Numbered from the stretch's first letter, positions 1 through 10,440 are shown. The stretch is DNA of 64,000 nt from an uncultured delta proteobacterium (GCA_963713045.1 CAVQKE010000007.1:256001-320000); one strand, 5' to 3'. Numbers and translations are program-made. The notes: a model not told the origin generated them from the sequence alone.

Positions 1-38
1 CATCGCCCAGATTGGGCTCGCTGCACCCTGCGCCCTCG

Positions 39-806
39 TCAGTCCGCATGCAGGGATTGTGACAAGCTCAACAGGTTCTGCGGCTGCACTCGGATGATGC
101 CCGTGCGAGGGCTGTCGAGATCCGCGATGAGATAGAATGCCACAGAGACGACAAGCGGTAGCACCAGCAGGAGATACGCCTTCGCTCGGCCAGATCTCGC
201 ACCATAACCGACCAACAGGTTGCAACAGAGGGCGATCGCGGCCATCAGCGCCCAAGCCGCCGGCGGAATCCTGTTCCACCACGCGGCCTGCGTGTACCCC
301 TGGGAGTTCAACACATCGTTCATGCCCGAGACGGCGAGTGCAAGGATCGGCGTCGGCTGTGTAGCTGCGGTAACCCGCACCGCTGACCAGAGCTCGCCTT
401 GCAAGTGCGCTGTGTATTTATTGACTTGGTTCAGCTGTTGTCCATCGCGAGTCGTGTAGAACAAGATACGTTGATCGAGGTACTCCCTAAGCAGCGCGCG
501 CACTTTCGCCGCATCGCCGGCGGGCAGCAGGTCAGCCCGGATGTATTCTGTGCCGATCGCATTGGCCTCGGCTTCCTCGTAGTTCTTGCGCTGATCGTAG
601 CGGCTGATGGCCATCGAAAAGCTGAATCCGATGAGGAGGCCGAGTAGGGTCAGCGTTGCGGTCACGATGATGCCAAAATCTTCGCGTGACGCAGCGTCCA
701 GGTCCTTGCGGCTCTTGAGAATGGAGCCGCCGACGAATTCCGAGAGCCAGAGCGCCGTGAAGGTGAACACGAGAACAAGCAATGGATAATGCGTCGGATC
801 TGTCAT
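39..806 (-). CDS. Membrane protein, DUF4239/bestrophin-like family
   Basis: Four hydrophobic segments; motifs LLGLLIGFSFSMAISRYDQRK..EANAIGT.Y.RA and LIADLDSPR.G.I.V typical of this family. ATG at 806 chosen over GTG at 818. Confidence 0.75.
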   Translation of the reverse strand: MTDPTHYPLLVLVFTFTALWLSEFVGGSILKSRKDLDAASREDFGIIVTATLTLLGLLIGFSFSMAISRYDQRKNYEEAEANAIGTEYIRADLLPAGDAAKVRALLREYLDQRILFYTTRDGQQLNQVNKYTAHLQGELWSAVRVTAATQPTPILALAVSGMNDVLNSQGYTQAAWWNRIPPAAWALMAAIALCCNLLVGYGARSGRAKAYLLLVLPLVVSVAFYLIADLDSPRTGIIRVQPQNLLSLSQSLHAD

Positions 807-1326
807 GGGGCTACCCACTTACACCGGGTCAGGCTGTTACGGCAGCAGCGCTTCCAGGTTCTCGCGTCGCACCCTGGCGTTGGAGACCCGTGGCTTTTGC
901 GCCCAGCGCCTCCCGTCGGTCGCGCCGAGCCGCTAGCATCGTCTCATGGAACAAGCGCAGACGGTCGAGGACGAACACGCCTCCGTGGACGAGGAAGCCG
1001 CGGCTCTGATGCAGTTGGGACGCAGCTCGGCGTGCTGTGGCGCCGGCGGACCGGCCTTCCACACGGCACCCACCGCATCACGGCTAAGTGGTCGCCTAGT
1101 ATGTGGAACACGTCGCGGCACTTCCGCGGCTGACCGGGGCCAAGGACCGGACGGCGTGAAGGCTCGGCAGAGAGGGTGCAAGCAGTCGAACGCCGATGTT
1201 CCGGGCGTCCATCCCGCAGCGCCCCGTCGCGCCAAGACCCCATTGCGACGTTGAAGTGCAGCCGTGAACGTCTAAATCGCAGCTCAGCGGCTTAGGCTGT
1301 TCGCTGACTGTTCTCCCTTTCGTGGG

Positions 1327-1785
1327 TCAGCCGGCGACACCGGTACGCGTTGCGCCGCTGGTCAGTGCGGCGCCGGACAGCAAGAAGACCCAGGCAAGCC
1401 CAAAGACAAAGCTATTGAGCGGCATACCCCACATCAGGTCCTGATTGGGCATCACGGGCGCCGTGACGGGGTCCACCAGAATGCCGCCGTAGAGTGAGGA
1501 AGTCGCAGAGGCGGCAAAAAAGCCGCCCAGCAGCACACTACCAAGTACCGCTCCCATGGCGATCCCGAACCGCGGCCGGTCGCGATAGAACCAGATGAAG
1601 TACAGAGCGACCAGCGCCAGAAGACTGCCGGTTGCAAGGAGCCATACTTCATGTAGCCGGGCATGTGCGGGCCACGCTGGATTGAAAACGTGGGTCGGGC
1701 TCAAATCGACCAGCAGCGGGACAAAGCCGGCGACGACCGTCCCAATCGACATCATGAGCCGGCCAAGCACACCTTCGATTGTCAT
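1327..1785 (-). CDS. Four-TM hypothetical membrane protein (DUF6640-like)
   Basis: THVFNPAWPAHARLH motif between TM helices; GGGAGA..GAGG RBS upstream of ATG 1785. Confidence 0.6.
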   Translation of the reverse strand: MTIEGVLGRLMMSIGTVVAGFVPLLVDLSPTHVFNPAWPAHARLHEVWLLATGSLLALVALYFIWFYRDRPRFGIAMGAVLGSVLLGGFFAASATSSLYGGILVDPVTAPVMPNQDLMWGMPLNSFVFGLAWVFLLSGAALTSGATRTGVAG

Positions 1786-1917
1786 CCTCAAATCTCTCCC
1801 ACTTCGCAGGCCATCAGCGCCCGGCGCACTCGAACGACCCGTCGAGATGCTTTGACTCCTTTGGAGGTTGATGCAACTGTCGCGAACGTACCGCTTTCAC
1901 GGACGGCGGGAACCGTT

Positions 1918-2358
1918 ATGTCTACTGTCCTCGGAGGTTGCTATTGCGGCAATCTCTCCGTCGAGCTGGAGCTTTCGAAGCCCTCCGACTCGTATTGCCC
2001 GCGCGCCTGCGATTGCCGCTTCTGTCGCAAGCACGCGGCGTCGTACGTATCCGACCCCGAAGGTTCGTTGCGCATTAAAGCTCGGGAGACTCAACTGTTC
2101 GGACGATATCGACAAGGCAGCGACACTGCAGAATTCCTGCTGTGCGCCCGATGCGGCGTTCTGATCGGCGTGTCCTACCGGGAAGGCGAGCTGTGCTATG
2201 CGGCCGTCAACGTCCAGGCCATCGAAAATGGAACGACCTTCGGCAGCCCGACCGTCGTTTCACCCAAAGCGTTGGCCGTCGACGAGCGAGTCCGGCGCTG
2301 GAAACAACTCTGGTTCTCGAACGTTCGGCTCGAAACACCGAGCGACGGCACTCAGTGA
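1918..2358 (+). CDS. GFA/CENP-V (aldehyde-activating, Zn-binding) family protein
   Basis: GGCYCG, CDCRFCRKH and LCARCGV Cys motifs; ATG at 1918. Confidence 0.85.
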   Translation: MSTVLGGCYCGNLSVELELSKPSDSYCPRACDCRFCRKHAASYVSDPEGSLRIKARETQLFGRYRQGSDTAEFLLCARCGVLIGVSYREGELCYAAVNVQAIENGTTFGSPTVVSPKALAVDERVRRWKQLWFSNVRLETPSDGTQ

Positions 2359-2917
2359 CGATGATAGGGGAGGGCTGAATCGGACGTCGAGCGTATCCGG
2401 CCCCTCTCCAAGGCAGACCAGACTTCGTTCTTCCAAATTCCCAAGCGTGGCCCTTGTTGCGGCCTGCAACTCAAGCGCCCATCCTCTGGAACAGCCGCGG
2501 AGTCAAGACCCCGTAGCACCTGTTTGGGAGCGCGAAGGCTTTTCAAGCTCGGGGTCGCGGTAAAATTCCGTGCGCCGGTCCCGCATTTCGAAGGTTCTTC
2601 CTGTCACTTCAGAATGGGCCGAGCCTGAGGATTTCCGCAGCGTCTGATTCTCACCGCCCAGCGTCGGAAAGGGCGGGGCGAGGCGTTGATCACCCTCTGA
2701 ATGCTCGCGGTGCCAAAGCCCTGCCAATTTAGCCACTTCATGCTCCGACCCCGGTGTCGCCCGTCGAAGTGACGCGACGGGTCCGAAAAAAAAGGCGGTC
2801 TCCTGACCCACCTGCGGCGAAATGACCCACCCAACCCGGAGAGAGTTTCGGGGTTTAGCCCTGGTGTCGAGAATGCATGGTTCGAAGGAGCCGGTGCCAA
2901 CACGAGGAGAAGCGTCA

Positions 2918-3232
2918 ATGCAGGACGCAGCCCGACAGACTCTTTCGGACAAAGCCTCCTCGGAGGCTTTGAAACAGCTGGCCTCGCTGGGAGAGCCCAT
3001 GGACCCGACGGCAATGCTCAGCCAGCCCGAAGTGACGCAGGCTGTGCGTTTGGCCGCCGCCGCGGTCGTACAGTCAGACCTGGACCGTTACGACGGCTTG
3101 CAGGGCGTCATGGTCGGGCGGGCCTACAGCATCGCGTACCAAGAGCTCTCCCGGTACGAAGCGAAGGACGGCCCATTGTTGGGCTGGCTCTCGCGGAGGG
3201 TCCAGGACGGCCTCGTACAGGACTTTGCGTAA
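2918..3232 (+). CDS. Hypothetical protein (C-terminus weakly resembles ECF sigma region 2)
   Basis: GAGGAG RBS before ATG 2918; coding-like codon pattern; 104 aa. Confidence 0.5.
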   Translation: MQDAARQTLSDKASSEALKQLASLGEPMDPTAMLSQPEVTQAVRLAAAAVVQSDLDRYDGLQGVMVGRAYSIAYQELSRYEAKDGPLLGWLSRRVQDGLVQDFA

Positions 3233-3486
3233 CGCGCTTATCGCGCCGGGGTACTTCACGACCGCAAACGGTCCGGGACGTCCGCTGCTGCGTAGCCAAA
3301 ACCTCGCGCGTACGTTCAAGAGCCGCGGGCCCGCTTCCAAAGCCCGGGAGAAGAACGCGCCTAGGTAAGCCTCGCAAACGGCCGCGCAAACGCCGTTGGC
3401 CCGAGCGACGCCGAGAGTAGACCACCGGAGGCAGTGGAATCCTCGCCGCTCTCGCTCTTTGCCCGAGGCCTCGACCCGAGCCGGGC

Positions 3487-4758
3487 CTATTGAGGTCGCT
3501 GCAGCTTGTTTACGTCAAGCGACGCCCCCGGCGCTTTGATGAGCGTCGTTTTCGAGATGGGCTGGTTGACTTCAGTGAATTGGTAAATCACGTATGGGAT
3601 CTCAACCCACTGCTGGAAGCCAACCCCGGCTTCGTGCCCAAACTGGATGACACCACGGGTGCCGTCGAACCTGATCGTCTGCAGCGCCTTCACGATCGCC
3701 GTGGGGTCCACGCTTTTCGCCTGCTTGATGGCGTCGACGATCAGGAGCAGCGAATCGGCCGCCTGGAATATGAGTCGGTTGGGTTCCTTTTTCGTGCGCC
3801 GGGTGTACTCGGCGGCGACGTCCTGTCCAAGTTTCGACATCGGCATCCGTGGATGGTACTGGCCAACTGAGATCATCCACTTCCCCGCTTCCCGGACGTT
3901 CTGCCAGAAGTCCGGGTAATCGATGATGTCCGCCCCGTCGAAGAACCAAGTCTTCGCGCTCGGCACCACACCCTGTTCGTGAAGCTGGTTCATGAGGATG
4001 TAGGCGGCCGGGGGCAGCATGAGGTTCATCACCATCTCTGGTGGATTGTCACGAAGGGCGAGTACGGGACGGGTGAAGTCTATCCCGGCGCGGTCCAGCG
4101 TTGTGAATCCAAACTGGGTGGCGGGTGCCTTGGCCTTGATGAACCCAGCGAGGACCTTCGCCTGTCCGATACCGAAATCGGTGTTCTCGGCGAAGGCGAT
4201 GACGCTCTTCACACCCATCGCCGCGATCGTCTCAGCCATCGCCATCGCGGAGCGCGTATTGTAGTTACTGGGGTTGAAGACCTGCGCATAGCCCTTCTTA
4301 CGTACGTCGTCGGAATAGCAGTTGGTGTTCACATAGGGCGTCCCCGAGCGGTGCGCCACCTCGATTTCTGCAAGGCATACCGAACTCTGGTGCCCGCCGG
4401 TCACAGCGACCACTCCGTCTTTTGTGATCAGCTTCTCAATCGCAGCTCGGCCCTTCTCGGGGATGCCCTGGTTATCCTCGTACACGAGCACGATGGGTCG
4501 GCCCAGTACGCCACCCTTGGCGTTGACCATGTCTTTCGCAATCTCCATACCGTCCTTGATTTGTGTCCCCTGAATCACGGACCCTGGCGGAGACTGGGTG
4601 ATGCTGACGCCGATTGCGATCGGCTCGGCCCCCGTGGAAGGCACGGTCAGAAGCGGCGACTGCGCGGCGATGAGGGCGATCGCGTTCGGGGCGGCCGCCG
4701 TCGCAGCAGCACCTAGGGACAATGCGACCGTGAGGGCAATAAATGCGAATTTCGCCAT
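3487..4758 (-). CDS. ABC transporter substrate-binding protein, branched-chain amino acid (LivJ/K) family, orphan
   Basis: Signal peptide MAKFAFIALTVALSLGAAATAAA; NAKGGVLGRPIVLVYED, GGHQSSV, ENTDFG and F.GTRG.I.F motifs; GGAGGAAGG RBS. Confidence 0.9.
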   Translation of the reverse strand: MAKFAFIALTVALSLGAAATAAAPNAIALIAAQSPLLTVPSTGAEPIAIGVSITQSPPGSVIQGTQIKDGMEIAKDMVNAKGGVLGRPIVLVYEDNQGIPEKGRAAIEKLITKDGVVAVTGGHQSSVCLAEIEVAHRSGTPYVNTNCYSDDVRKKGYAQVFNPSNYNTRSAMAMAETIAAMGVKSVIAFAENTDFGIGQAKVLAGFIKAKAPATQFGFTTLDRAGIDFTRPVLALRDNPPEMVMNLMLPPAAYILMNQLHEQGVVPSAKTWFFDGADIIDYPDFWQNVREAGKWMISVGQYHPRMPMSKLGQDVAAEYTRRTKKEPNRLIFQAADSLLLIVDAIKQAKSVDPTAIVKALQTIRFDGTRGVIQFGHEAGVGFQQWVEIPYVIYQFTEVNQPISKTTLIKAPGASLDVNKLQRPQ

Positions 4759-5059
4759 GGCCTTCCTCCGCGCTTCGACACTGCTCGCCAAAGGGACTGC
4801 TTCTATGCCTGGACGATGCAAAGCGCGTGCAGTCCGCGCCTTAGAGGGCCTACTTCACCAACTGAATCTCGCTCGGCCGTGGCCCGGCCACTCTTCGCCT
4901 TCGACCCCACCTATGTGGGTTGTGGCGAGTGGAGATGGCGTGCTGTATGGGGCGTGTCCCTGGACGCAGCTTTCGGTTGGACACTGCATGGGATGCGAGG
5001 ATAGACGCGTACCAGGCCAATTACTCGCCCGCGCCGTTGGGATGGAGGTCCGTCTTTCA

Positions 5060-5239
5060 ATGAGGTACGTCTTAGAAAGAGTCATTCTGGCATTGGCAAT
5101 CTGCTTGCTCGCCGCATGCGCTGCCTCCACTCAAAGCCAACCACCGCCACAGAACTCAACGAACGACTGGGCGGCCGGTGTTTTTTCCTCGCCTATCGCG
5201 CCACAGGGGGCTGACAGTTCCGATGCAGGACCAAGATAA
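5060..5239 (+). CDS. Small lipoprotein (59 aa)
   Basis: GGAGG upstream of ATG 5060; MRYVLERVILALAICLLAAC lipobox; Pro/Ser-rich body ending SSDAGPR. Confidence 0.6.
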   Translation: MRYVLERVILALAICLLAACAASTQSQPPPQNSTNDWAAGVFSSPIAPQGADSSDAGPR

Positions 5240-5267
5240 AGGCCGGCGAATCCCAGACTAATGCGCG

Positions 5268-6860
5268 CTACTGCGACGCGTCGAGCTGCACCTTCTCCAT
5301 CACCTGGTTTAGATTAAATGTCCCCGGCTTCTGACGAGGCGGGAATTCCTTAAAGCTCTGGAGCCATCCTGCCACGTAGGTGATGGTCGGCGGGAGCGCG
5401 TAAATCCGATCGATCCGCCACCTCGAATAACCGATTCCCTCGTGGTCGGCCCGCTCCCACGGGTCCGAACGCAGGCTAAATAGTTTCGGGACGCGCAGCA
5501 CCACCATGGGGTCCTGCCAAACGTCAAAGCCGTGGGCACGCTGCTCCATGAAGACAATCTTCCACTGGTCGTAACGAAGGGCGCAGATGTCCCCGTCGTC
5601 CGTCCAATACATGAACTCCTTGCGCGGCCAGTCCTTCGCTTCGCCGCTCCGCAAGGCTTCCATCAGATTGTAGCCGTCGAGGTGCACCTTGTAGGTCGCG
5701 CCAGCGATGGTCGTGCCCTTTAACAGGGCTTCCTTGACACTCGGCTGGCCCGCGGCGGCGAGAAGCGTCGGCAGCCAATCCTCATGCGAGATGATCTCGT
5801 TGACCTCGAGACCTGGCTTGATGACTCCCGGCCAGCGGACCAGCAGCGGTACGCGGTAGCCCCCCTCCCAGTTCGTGTTCTTCTCGCCCCGGAACGGCGT
5901 CGTTCCTCCGTCGGGCCAGCTCATCGTCTCGGCGCCGTTGTCTGAGGTGTAAATGACAATCGTGGTATCGGTGATTTTCAGCGTATCAAGCTTCTTCAGC
6001 AGCTGGCCGATCTGATCGTCGTGCTCCACCATGCCGTCCGGATAAATCCCGAAGCCGGTTCTACCCTCCGAAGCTTTTTTGAGGTGTGTCCAGATGTGCA
6101 TGCGGGTGGTGTTGAACCAGACGAACCACGGCTTACCGGCTGACTGGTTCTTGTCGATGAACCGGAGGGTCGAAGCGAGGATCTCCTCGTCGATGGTTTC
6201 CATCCGCTTCGCGGTGAGTGGCCCAGTATCCTCGCACTTTTGCTTGCCCCACGGGCCGAAGCGCGGGTCGGCAGGAAGCGAGCTCACGGTGTTCGTCGCA
6301 TAGCAGTGGAAGACGCCGCGCGGGCCGAACTTGGTCTTGAACGCTGGGTTTTTTGGGTAGTCCGCGTTCTCCGGCTCCTCCTCGGCGTTCAGATGGTAGA
6401 GATTGCCGTAGAACTCGTCGAAGCCATGAACGGTCGGGAAAAACTCATTGCGGTCCCCGAGGTGATTCTTGCCAAACTGCCCAGTGGCGTAGCCTTGCTC
6501 TTTGAGCAGGGTAGCGATGGTGGGGTCCTTGTCCGACAAACCCTCCGGCGCGCCTGGTAGGCCCACCTTCAGCAGGCCGGTGCGAATCGGTGACTGCCCC
6601 GTGATGAACGCCGAGCGACCGGCGGTACAGCTCTGCTGCCCATAGGCGTCGGTGAAGATGGCTCCTTCCGTGGCGATCCGGTCGATGTTGGGCGTGTGGT
6701 AGCCCATCATCCCGCGGTTGTATTTGCTGATGTTCCAGTAGCCGATGTCGTCGCCAAAAATAACGAGGATGTTGGGGTGCTTGGAGTTGGCTTGCCCCGA
6801 GGCGAGAACCGGAAGAAGGAGCAGCGACGCGAACAAATTTCGGAAACCGAGTTGGGTCAT
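5268..6860 (-). CDS. Arylsulfatase (Cys-type, formylglycine-dependent)
   Basis: PNILVIFGDDIG, SCTAGRSAFITG (CxxxR), GKNHLG, SDNG and EGGYRVP motifs; N-terminal signal peptide. Confidence 0.95.
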   Translation of the reverse strand: MTQLGFRNLFASLLLLPVLASGQANSKHPNILVIFGDDIGYWNISKYNRGMMGYHTPNIDRIATEGAIFTDAYGQQSCTAGRSAFITGQSPIRTGLLKVGLPGAPEGLSDKDPTIATLLKEQGYATGQFGKNHLGDRNEFFPTVHGFDEFYGNLYHLNAEEEPENADYPKNPAFKTKFGPRGVFHCYATNTVSSLPADPRFGPWGKQKCEDTGPLTAKRMETIDEEILASTLRFIDKNQSAGKPWFVWFNTTRMHIWTHLKKASEGRTGFGIYPDGMVEHDDQIGQLLKKLDTLKITDTTIVIYTSDNGAETMSWPDGGTTPFRGEKNTNWEGGYRVPLLVRWPGVIKPGLEVNEIISHEDWLPTLLAAAGQPSVKEALLKGTTIAGATYKVHLDGYNLMEALRSGEAKDWPRKEFMYWTDDGDICALRYDQWKIVFMEQRAHGFDVWQDPMVVLRVPKLFSLRSDPWERADHEGIGYSRWRIDRIYALPPTITYVAGWLQSFKEFPPRQKPGTFNLNQVMEKVQLDASQ

Positions 6861-6952
6861 AAGTGCTTTCAAATGAAGGATTTTCGAAACCAATCCACTG
6901 GCCCAATTCGTCCTTGGGCGTTGGTTGGGCGCTGACTACCGAGGCCTACGCT

Positions 6953-9607
6953 TTACCGGCGGAACCCTCCTCCGCCATGAAACCCACCCCAACCACCGCC
7001 GCCACCCCCACCGCCCCAGCCGCCGTGACTGTCGCCGCCACCCCAGCCACCGCCGCCCCAGCCGCCACTGTGATTGTCGCCGCCCCAGCCACCGCTGCTC
7101 GCACCTCCCCAGCCCCCTCCGCTGTGACTGTCGCTGCCCCAGCCGCCTCCGCTGTACGATGCGCTCGCGGACCTCTCATCGCCCTGCGCTCGCGCTTGCG
7201 AAGACTGCTGATAGCCGGAGTATGAGCTGGAGGACTTGTCGACGTTGCTCCAGCTGCCATTCGAATTCTGCTTCTGTGCCTGGCCCGTCTGGGAGTTGTA
7301 GCTGTAATTGTTGCCGTCGTGGTCCGCGTAGTAGTTGTCCCCGGACTCCGCGACGTGCGTTGTCTGGCCACCCGGACCCTCTGCAGTGGCGTGGCCATAG
7401 GTAGCGGATTGGCCGTAGGGCGTCGTCACCGTCGTCCGACTACCGCCGGCGGCTACGCCGGTGCTGGGGTTGTAGGTGGCGCCGCGCGTGTTGTAGGCGG
7501 AATTGCCGGTATAGGTGTTGTGCACTTGGGTGCTTTGGCCGGCCGACGTCCGCCCCGTTACCGAATTGTAGGAAGTGCCGGCCTTGCTGCTCCAGGCGTT
7601 GCCCGTCCAGGCATTGTAGCCAGTCGAGTTACGGCTGACGACTGAGGTTGCCCCGTATTGGTGGTAGATGTTACCGCTGGTGGCAGCCCAGCCGTGCGGA
7701 CCCCACGCGGCCGCCCCGCCGTACGCGCCGTAGGCCGCACCATGGTAGGCGTAGGGCATGGGTCCCCAGTAGGGCGCCGGCGCGTAGCAGGCATGCGCTA
7801 CACCCCAGCCAATCGCGAAGCCGACGGCGAACCCCGTCCACGGCGTATAGGTGATGTTCGCCGCGTACCCATATGTCACCGGAGGCGGGTACCACACGCT
7901 GGTGCCCACGTACGCGACGTAGCTGTACCCAGTGCCGTACACCACCACCCCTGATGGCTCCACCACCACCCCCATGTACCCCGGCGTGTAGCCAACGACG
8001 ACTGTCTCTGGCGTCGCCGCGTAAATATAGACGAACGTTGTGTAGAAAAGCGGCGCACTCGGCGGGATGGAATAGATGACGGGTGGCACCGTGCTCGCCA
8101 CCACCCACGGTCCATACAAGCCCGGCGCCGTGAACCAGACGCCCATCTGCACCGCATACCACTGATTCGATGCAACTTGGATGATGGCGTCGGGAGAGTT
8201 GAAGACATAGCTCAACGGCGTTCCCGGAATGGGGTTCAGCACCGGCGCGCCGTTCACTATGGGCTGAAACGTCACTTTGGAACGGTAGACGGTTGCCATC
8301 TGGGGAATGCCTGCGGAGATGGCCGCCTCCTGGGCCTCGAACGTCCCCGGAACGGAAGCCAGGACGTTTTCCTTTGGGCTGGTGATGGGGATGAGAGCAA
8401 AATCCGGCGGCAACTGCGTGGCGGGAATGTAGGACCATGGCCCGCCCAGTGTTGGCGCGGAGAACCACCGGCCGGTCACCAACACGTAGTATTGCTGATT
8501 CAGGAGGTCCTGAAAGACGTTGCCGTTGGTGTTCTGGACGTAGAGCAGCTGGGTGCCCTCGAGGGGGACCCAATTCATTGGCCCTTCGGTGATGACGATT
8601 TCGGTGGGCCGAGTGGCCACCACCACTCCCGGTGCGCCACTGGCCAGCGAGGGGCGCTGCCCAGTGGCGTCATTCACCGGGCCCTGCATCAGGTCCACGG
8701 TGTTTTGCGCGGCCAACGACTGGGCCGTTTGGTTGGCACCCGCAGGAACGGAAACGGCCACGCTCCATGGGCCGTTGAGCGACGGCGCAGTCATAAAGCC
8801 GTCGAGAACGTGGACATATACGTTGCCGGCGGGGTCGCTGAGCACCAGGGCGCGTGTATTGAGGACACGAGACAGGGACGTTCCAGAGACCGCTCGCCAG
8901 ACCGGGTCTCCGTGGATGAGCACCAGCACCACGGCGCTGGTGCTGAAGACGATTCGGGGAGGCTCGTTGAGAACCGGGACTTGGCGCGCCTTCCGCTGGG
9001 CGCCTTCGATGGCCACAGCTGCCTCCAGCCGTCCGAGCGACATCGTGGCCGGGCTTTGGGCAATCAGGCTCTGGATGGCCTGCTGGTAGGTCCCCGCCAT
9101 CTGCGGAACCGACGGGAAGGTGGCTCTCGTCACCAGCAGATTCTCGAAATGGACTGCCTGCGCCTGCTTGTCGACGATGGTCAAGGCCGAAATCTCGATG
9201 ACTCCCAAGATGGGGTCCTTCGAGTTGGGCGGCAGCACCGAGACGGCGGCGTGCGCCTGGTAGACATAGTCGTTCCAGCTGTCGAGCTGCGGCTGGTAGA
9301 GGGTGTATTTGGTGCCGTTTAACTCGGCGGACTTGGGCCATGGGTCGGGGGTCACCTGAGAAGCGGGAGGCGACGCTTGCTCGGGAGCGGGCCATGCTGC
9401 GGATGGCGCCTGCGCGACGCTGGTCGAAGCCACTCCGGGCGCCGGGGCCACCAGTGGCGCGGCGGGAGGGGGCGGAGGTGGCGGATTCACCGCCCATTCG
9501 GCCGCCTGGCTTTGCTGCGGAGCCTGCGAGGCCTGCTGCGAGGAAGCGCACGCCAAGTCCAGGGCGAATGCCACAACGACCTTCCGCGTCAAGCTAGAAA
9601 CACTCAT
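6953..9607 (-). CDS. Giant secreted/lipoprotein of unknown function (884 aa) with three G.(W/F)F/M.AP.L.GPW modules and Gly/Ser/Trp/His low-complexity C-tail; paralog of 32484..35075
   Basis: Long ORF; N-terminal hydrophobic segment ending LAC; Pro/Ala linker; highly similar protein encoded again at 32.5-35.1 kb. Confidence 0.85.
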   Translation of the reverse strand: MSVSSLTRKVVVAFALDLACASSQQASQAPQQSQAAEWAVNPPPPPPPAAPLVAPAPGVASTSVAQAPSAAWPAPEQASPPASQVTPDPWPKSAELNGTKYTLYQPQLDSWNDYVYQAHAAVSVLPPNSKDPILGVIEISALTIVDKQAQAVHFENLLVTRATFPSVPQMAGTYQQAIQSLIAQSPATMSLGRLEAAVAIEGAQRKARQVPVLNEPPRIVFSTSAVVLVLIHGDPVWRAVSGTSLSRVLNTRALVLSDPAGNVYVHVLDGFMTAPSLNGPWSVAVSVPAGANQTAQSLAAQNTVDLMQGPVNDATGQRPSLASGAPGVVVATRPTEIVITEGPMNWVPLEGTQLLYVQNTNGNVFQDLLNQQYYVLVTGRWFSAPTLGGPWSYIPATQLPPDFALIPITSPKENVLASVPGTFEAQEAAISAGIPQMATVYRSKVTFQPIVNGAPVLNPIPGTPLSYVFNSPDAIIQVASNQWYAVQMGVWFTAPGLYGPWVVASTVPPVIYSIPPSAPLFYTTFVYIYAATPETVVVGYTPGYMGVVVEPSGVVVYGTGYSYVAYVGTSVWYPPPVTYGYAANITYTPWTGFAVGFAIGWGVAHACYAPAPYWGPMPYAYHGAAYGAYGGAAAWGPHGWAATSGNIYHQYGATSVVSRNSTGYNAWTGNAWSSKAGTSYNSVTGRTSAGQSTQVHNTYTGNSAYNTRGATYNPSTGVAAGGSRTTVTTPYGQSATYGHATAEGPGGQTTHVAESGDNYYADHDGNNYSYNSQTGQAQKQNSNGSWSNVDKSSSSYSGYQQSSQARAQGDERSASASYSGGGWGSDSHSGGGWGGASSGGWGGDNHSGGWGGGGWGGGDSHGGWGGGGGGGGWGGFHGGGGFRR

Positions 9608-9869
9608 GAGAGACGGACCTCCCGGCCCGGATTTGCGAGCGAGTCACTAGCTCGGGGACTCTGCTGCCCTCTTTTAAGACCGCGACGCACCGACGCGTCC
9701 AGCAGAAAAACTCTGGACTGTCCGGCGGAACACGCGCACGCGTTGCACAGAGAGACGGCGATCGCGATAAGGTCTGGCTCGGGGGCGATTGGCGTAAATG
9801 ACTTCCAGAGGCGCCTCCTGATGGGAAATTAGGGAGATTGCGCCCGTCGCGGCGCAACGCGTCCGCACG

Positions 9870-10440
9870 ACGCGGTCAAGCTCGCAGATCCAGTTCACCT
9901 CCCAGGTCTTGCCCCGTCGGGCGAGAACGGCTGCTCCATCCGGCGAAATGTTCAGTCACACATAGCGAACCAGAATCGCTCGCCCTTCAAAACTCTCCTG
10001 GTCAAAGAATTCTCCCCGATTCCCCTGAACTGCCCGACAACGGGTGGAAGGCTAAGCATCCCTTTGTCAACATCGAGCAAATAAATGCTCCACTGGTGCG
10101 ATTCTGGATTGTAGAGCCTTAACGTCTGCGCCTTGATGTGCAGGTGCTTCTCGGGGTTGTCGACTTCGAACTCCTCGAAGTTGGCATTACTATCGAGAAT
10201 CTTCTTGTGGTTTGATATCCAGTCATACTCGACCCATGTGTTCGAGCCATTGAGTCGATCAGGGAGCCGCCGAACGTGCGCCTTCCAGTTTCCAATCAGG
10301 AAGTCGAAGTTGTGCGCCCCGTCAACTTCCGCTTTCACCTGAGGCATTGGTGCTCGAGGCTTTGCGGGACTTGGCTTTGAGCAATTCCAAAAGAGAAGAA
10401 GCCTGTAACCAGCACCGTCCACCAAAGCCCACGCGTACAA
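9870..10440 (-). pseudogene. Decayed DUF1579-like gene (same family as 12440..12994)
   Basis: FDFLIGNW...LPPVVGQF, then frameshift (~10023) to GNRGEFFDQESFEGRAILVRYV*(TGA 9956-9958)LNISP, then further shifts to MEQPFSPDG and KTWEVNWICEL. Confidence 0.8.

Noticed and set aside
829..1254. Short ORFs between the two membrane protein genes
   Set aside because: Probably a broken gene (coding-like fragments in different minus frames), but no family could be recognised.
4812..4835. Sigma54-like element upstream of the ABC binding protein (CTGCACGCGCTTTGCA on the minus strand)
   Set aside because: Lacks the invariant GG at -24.
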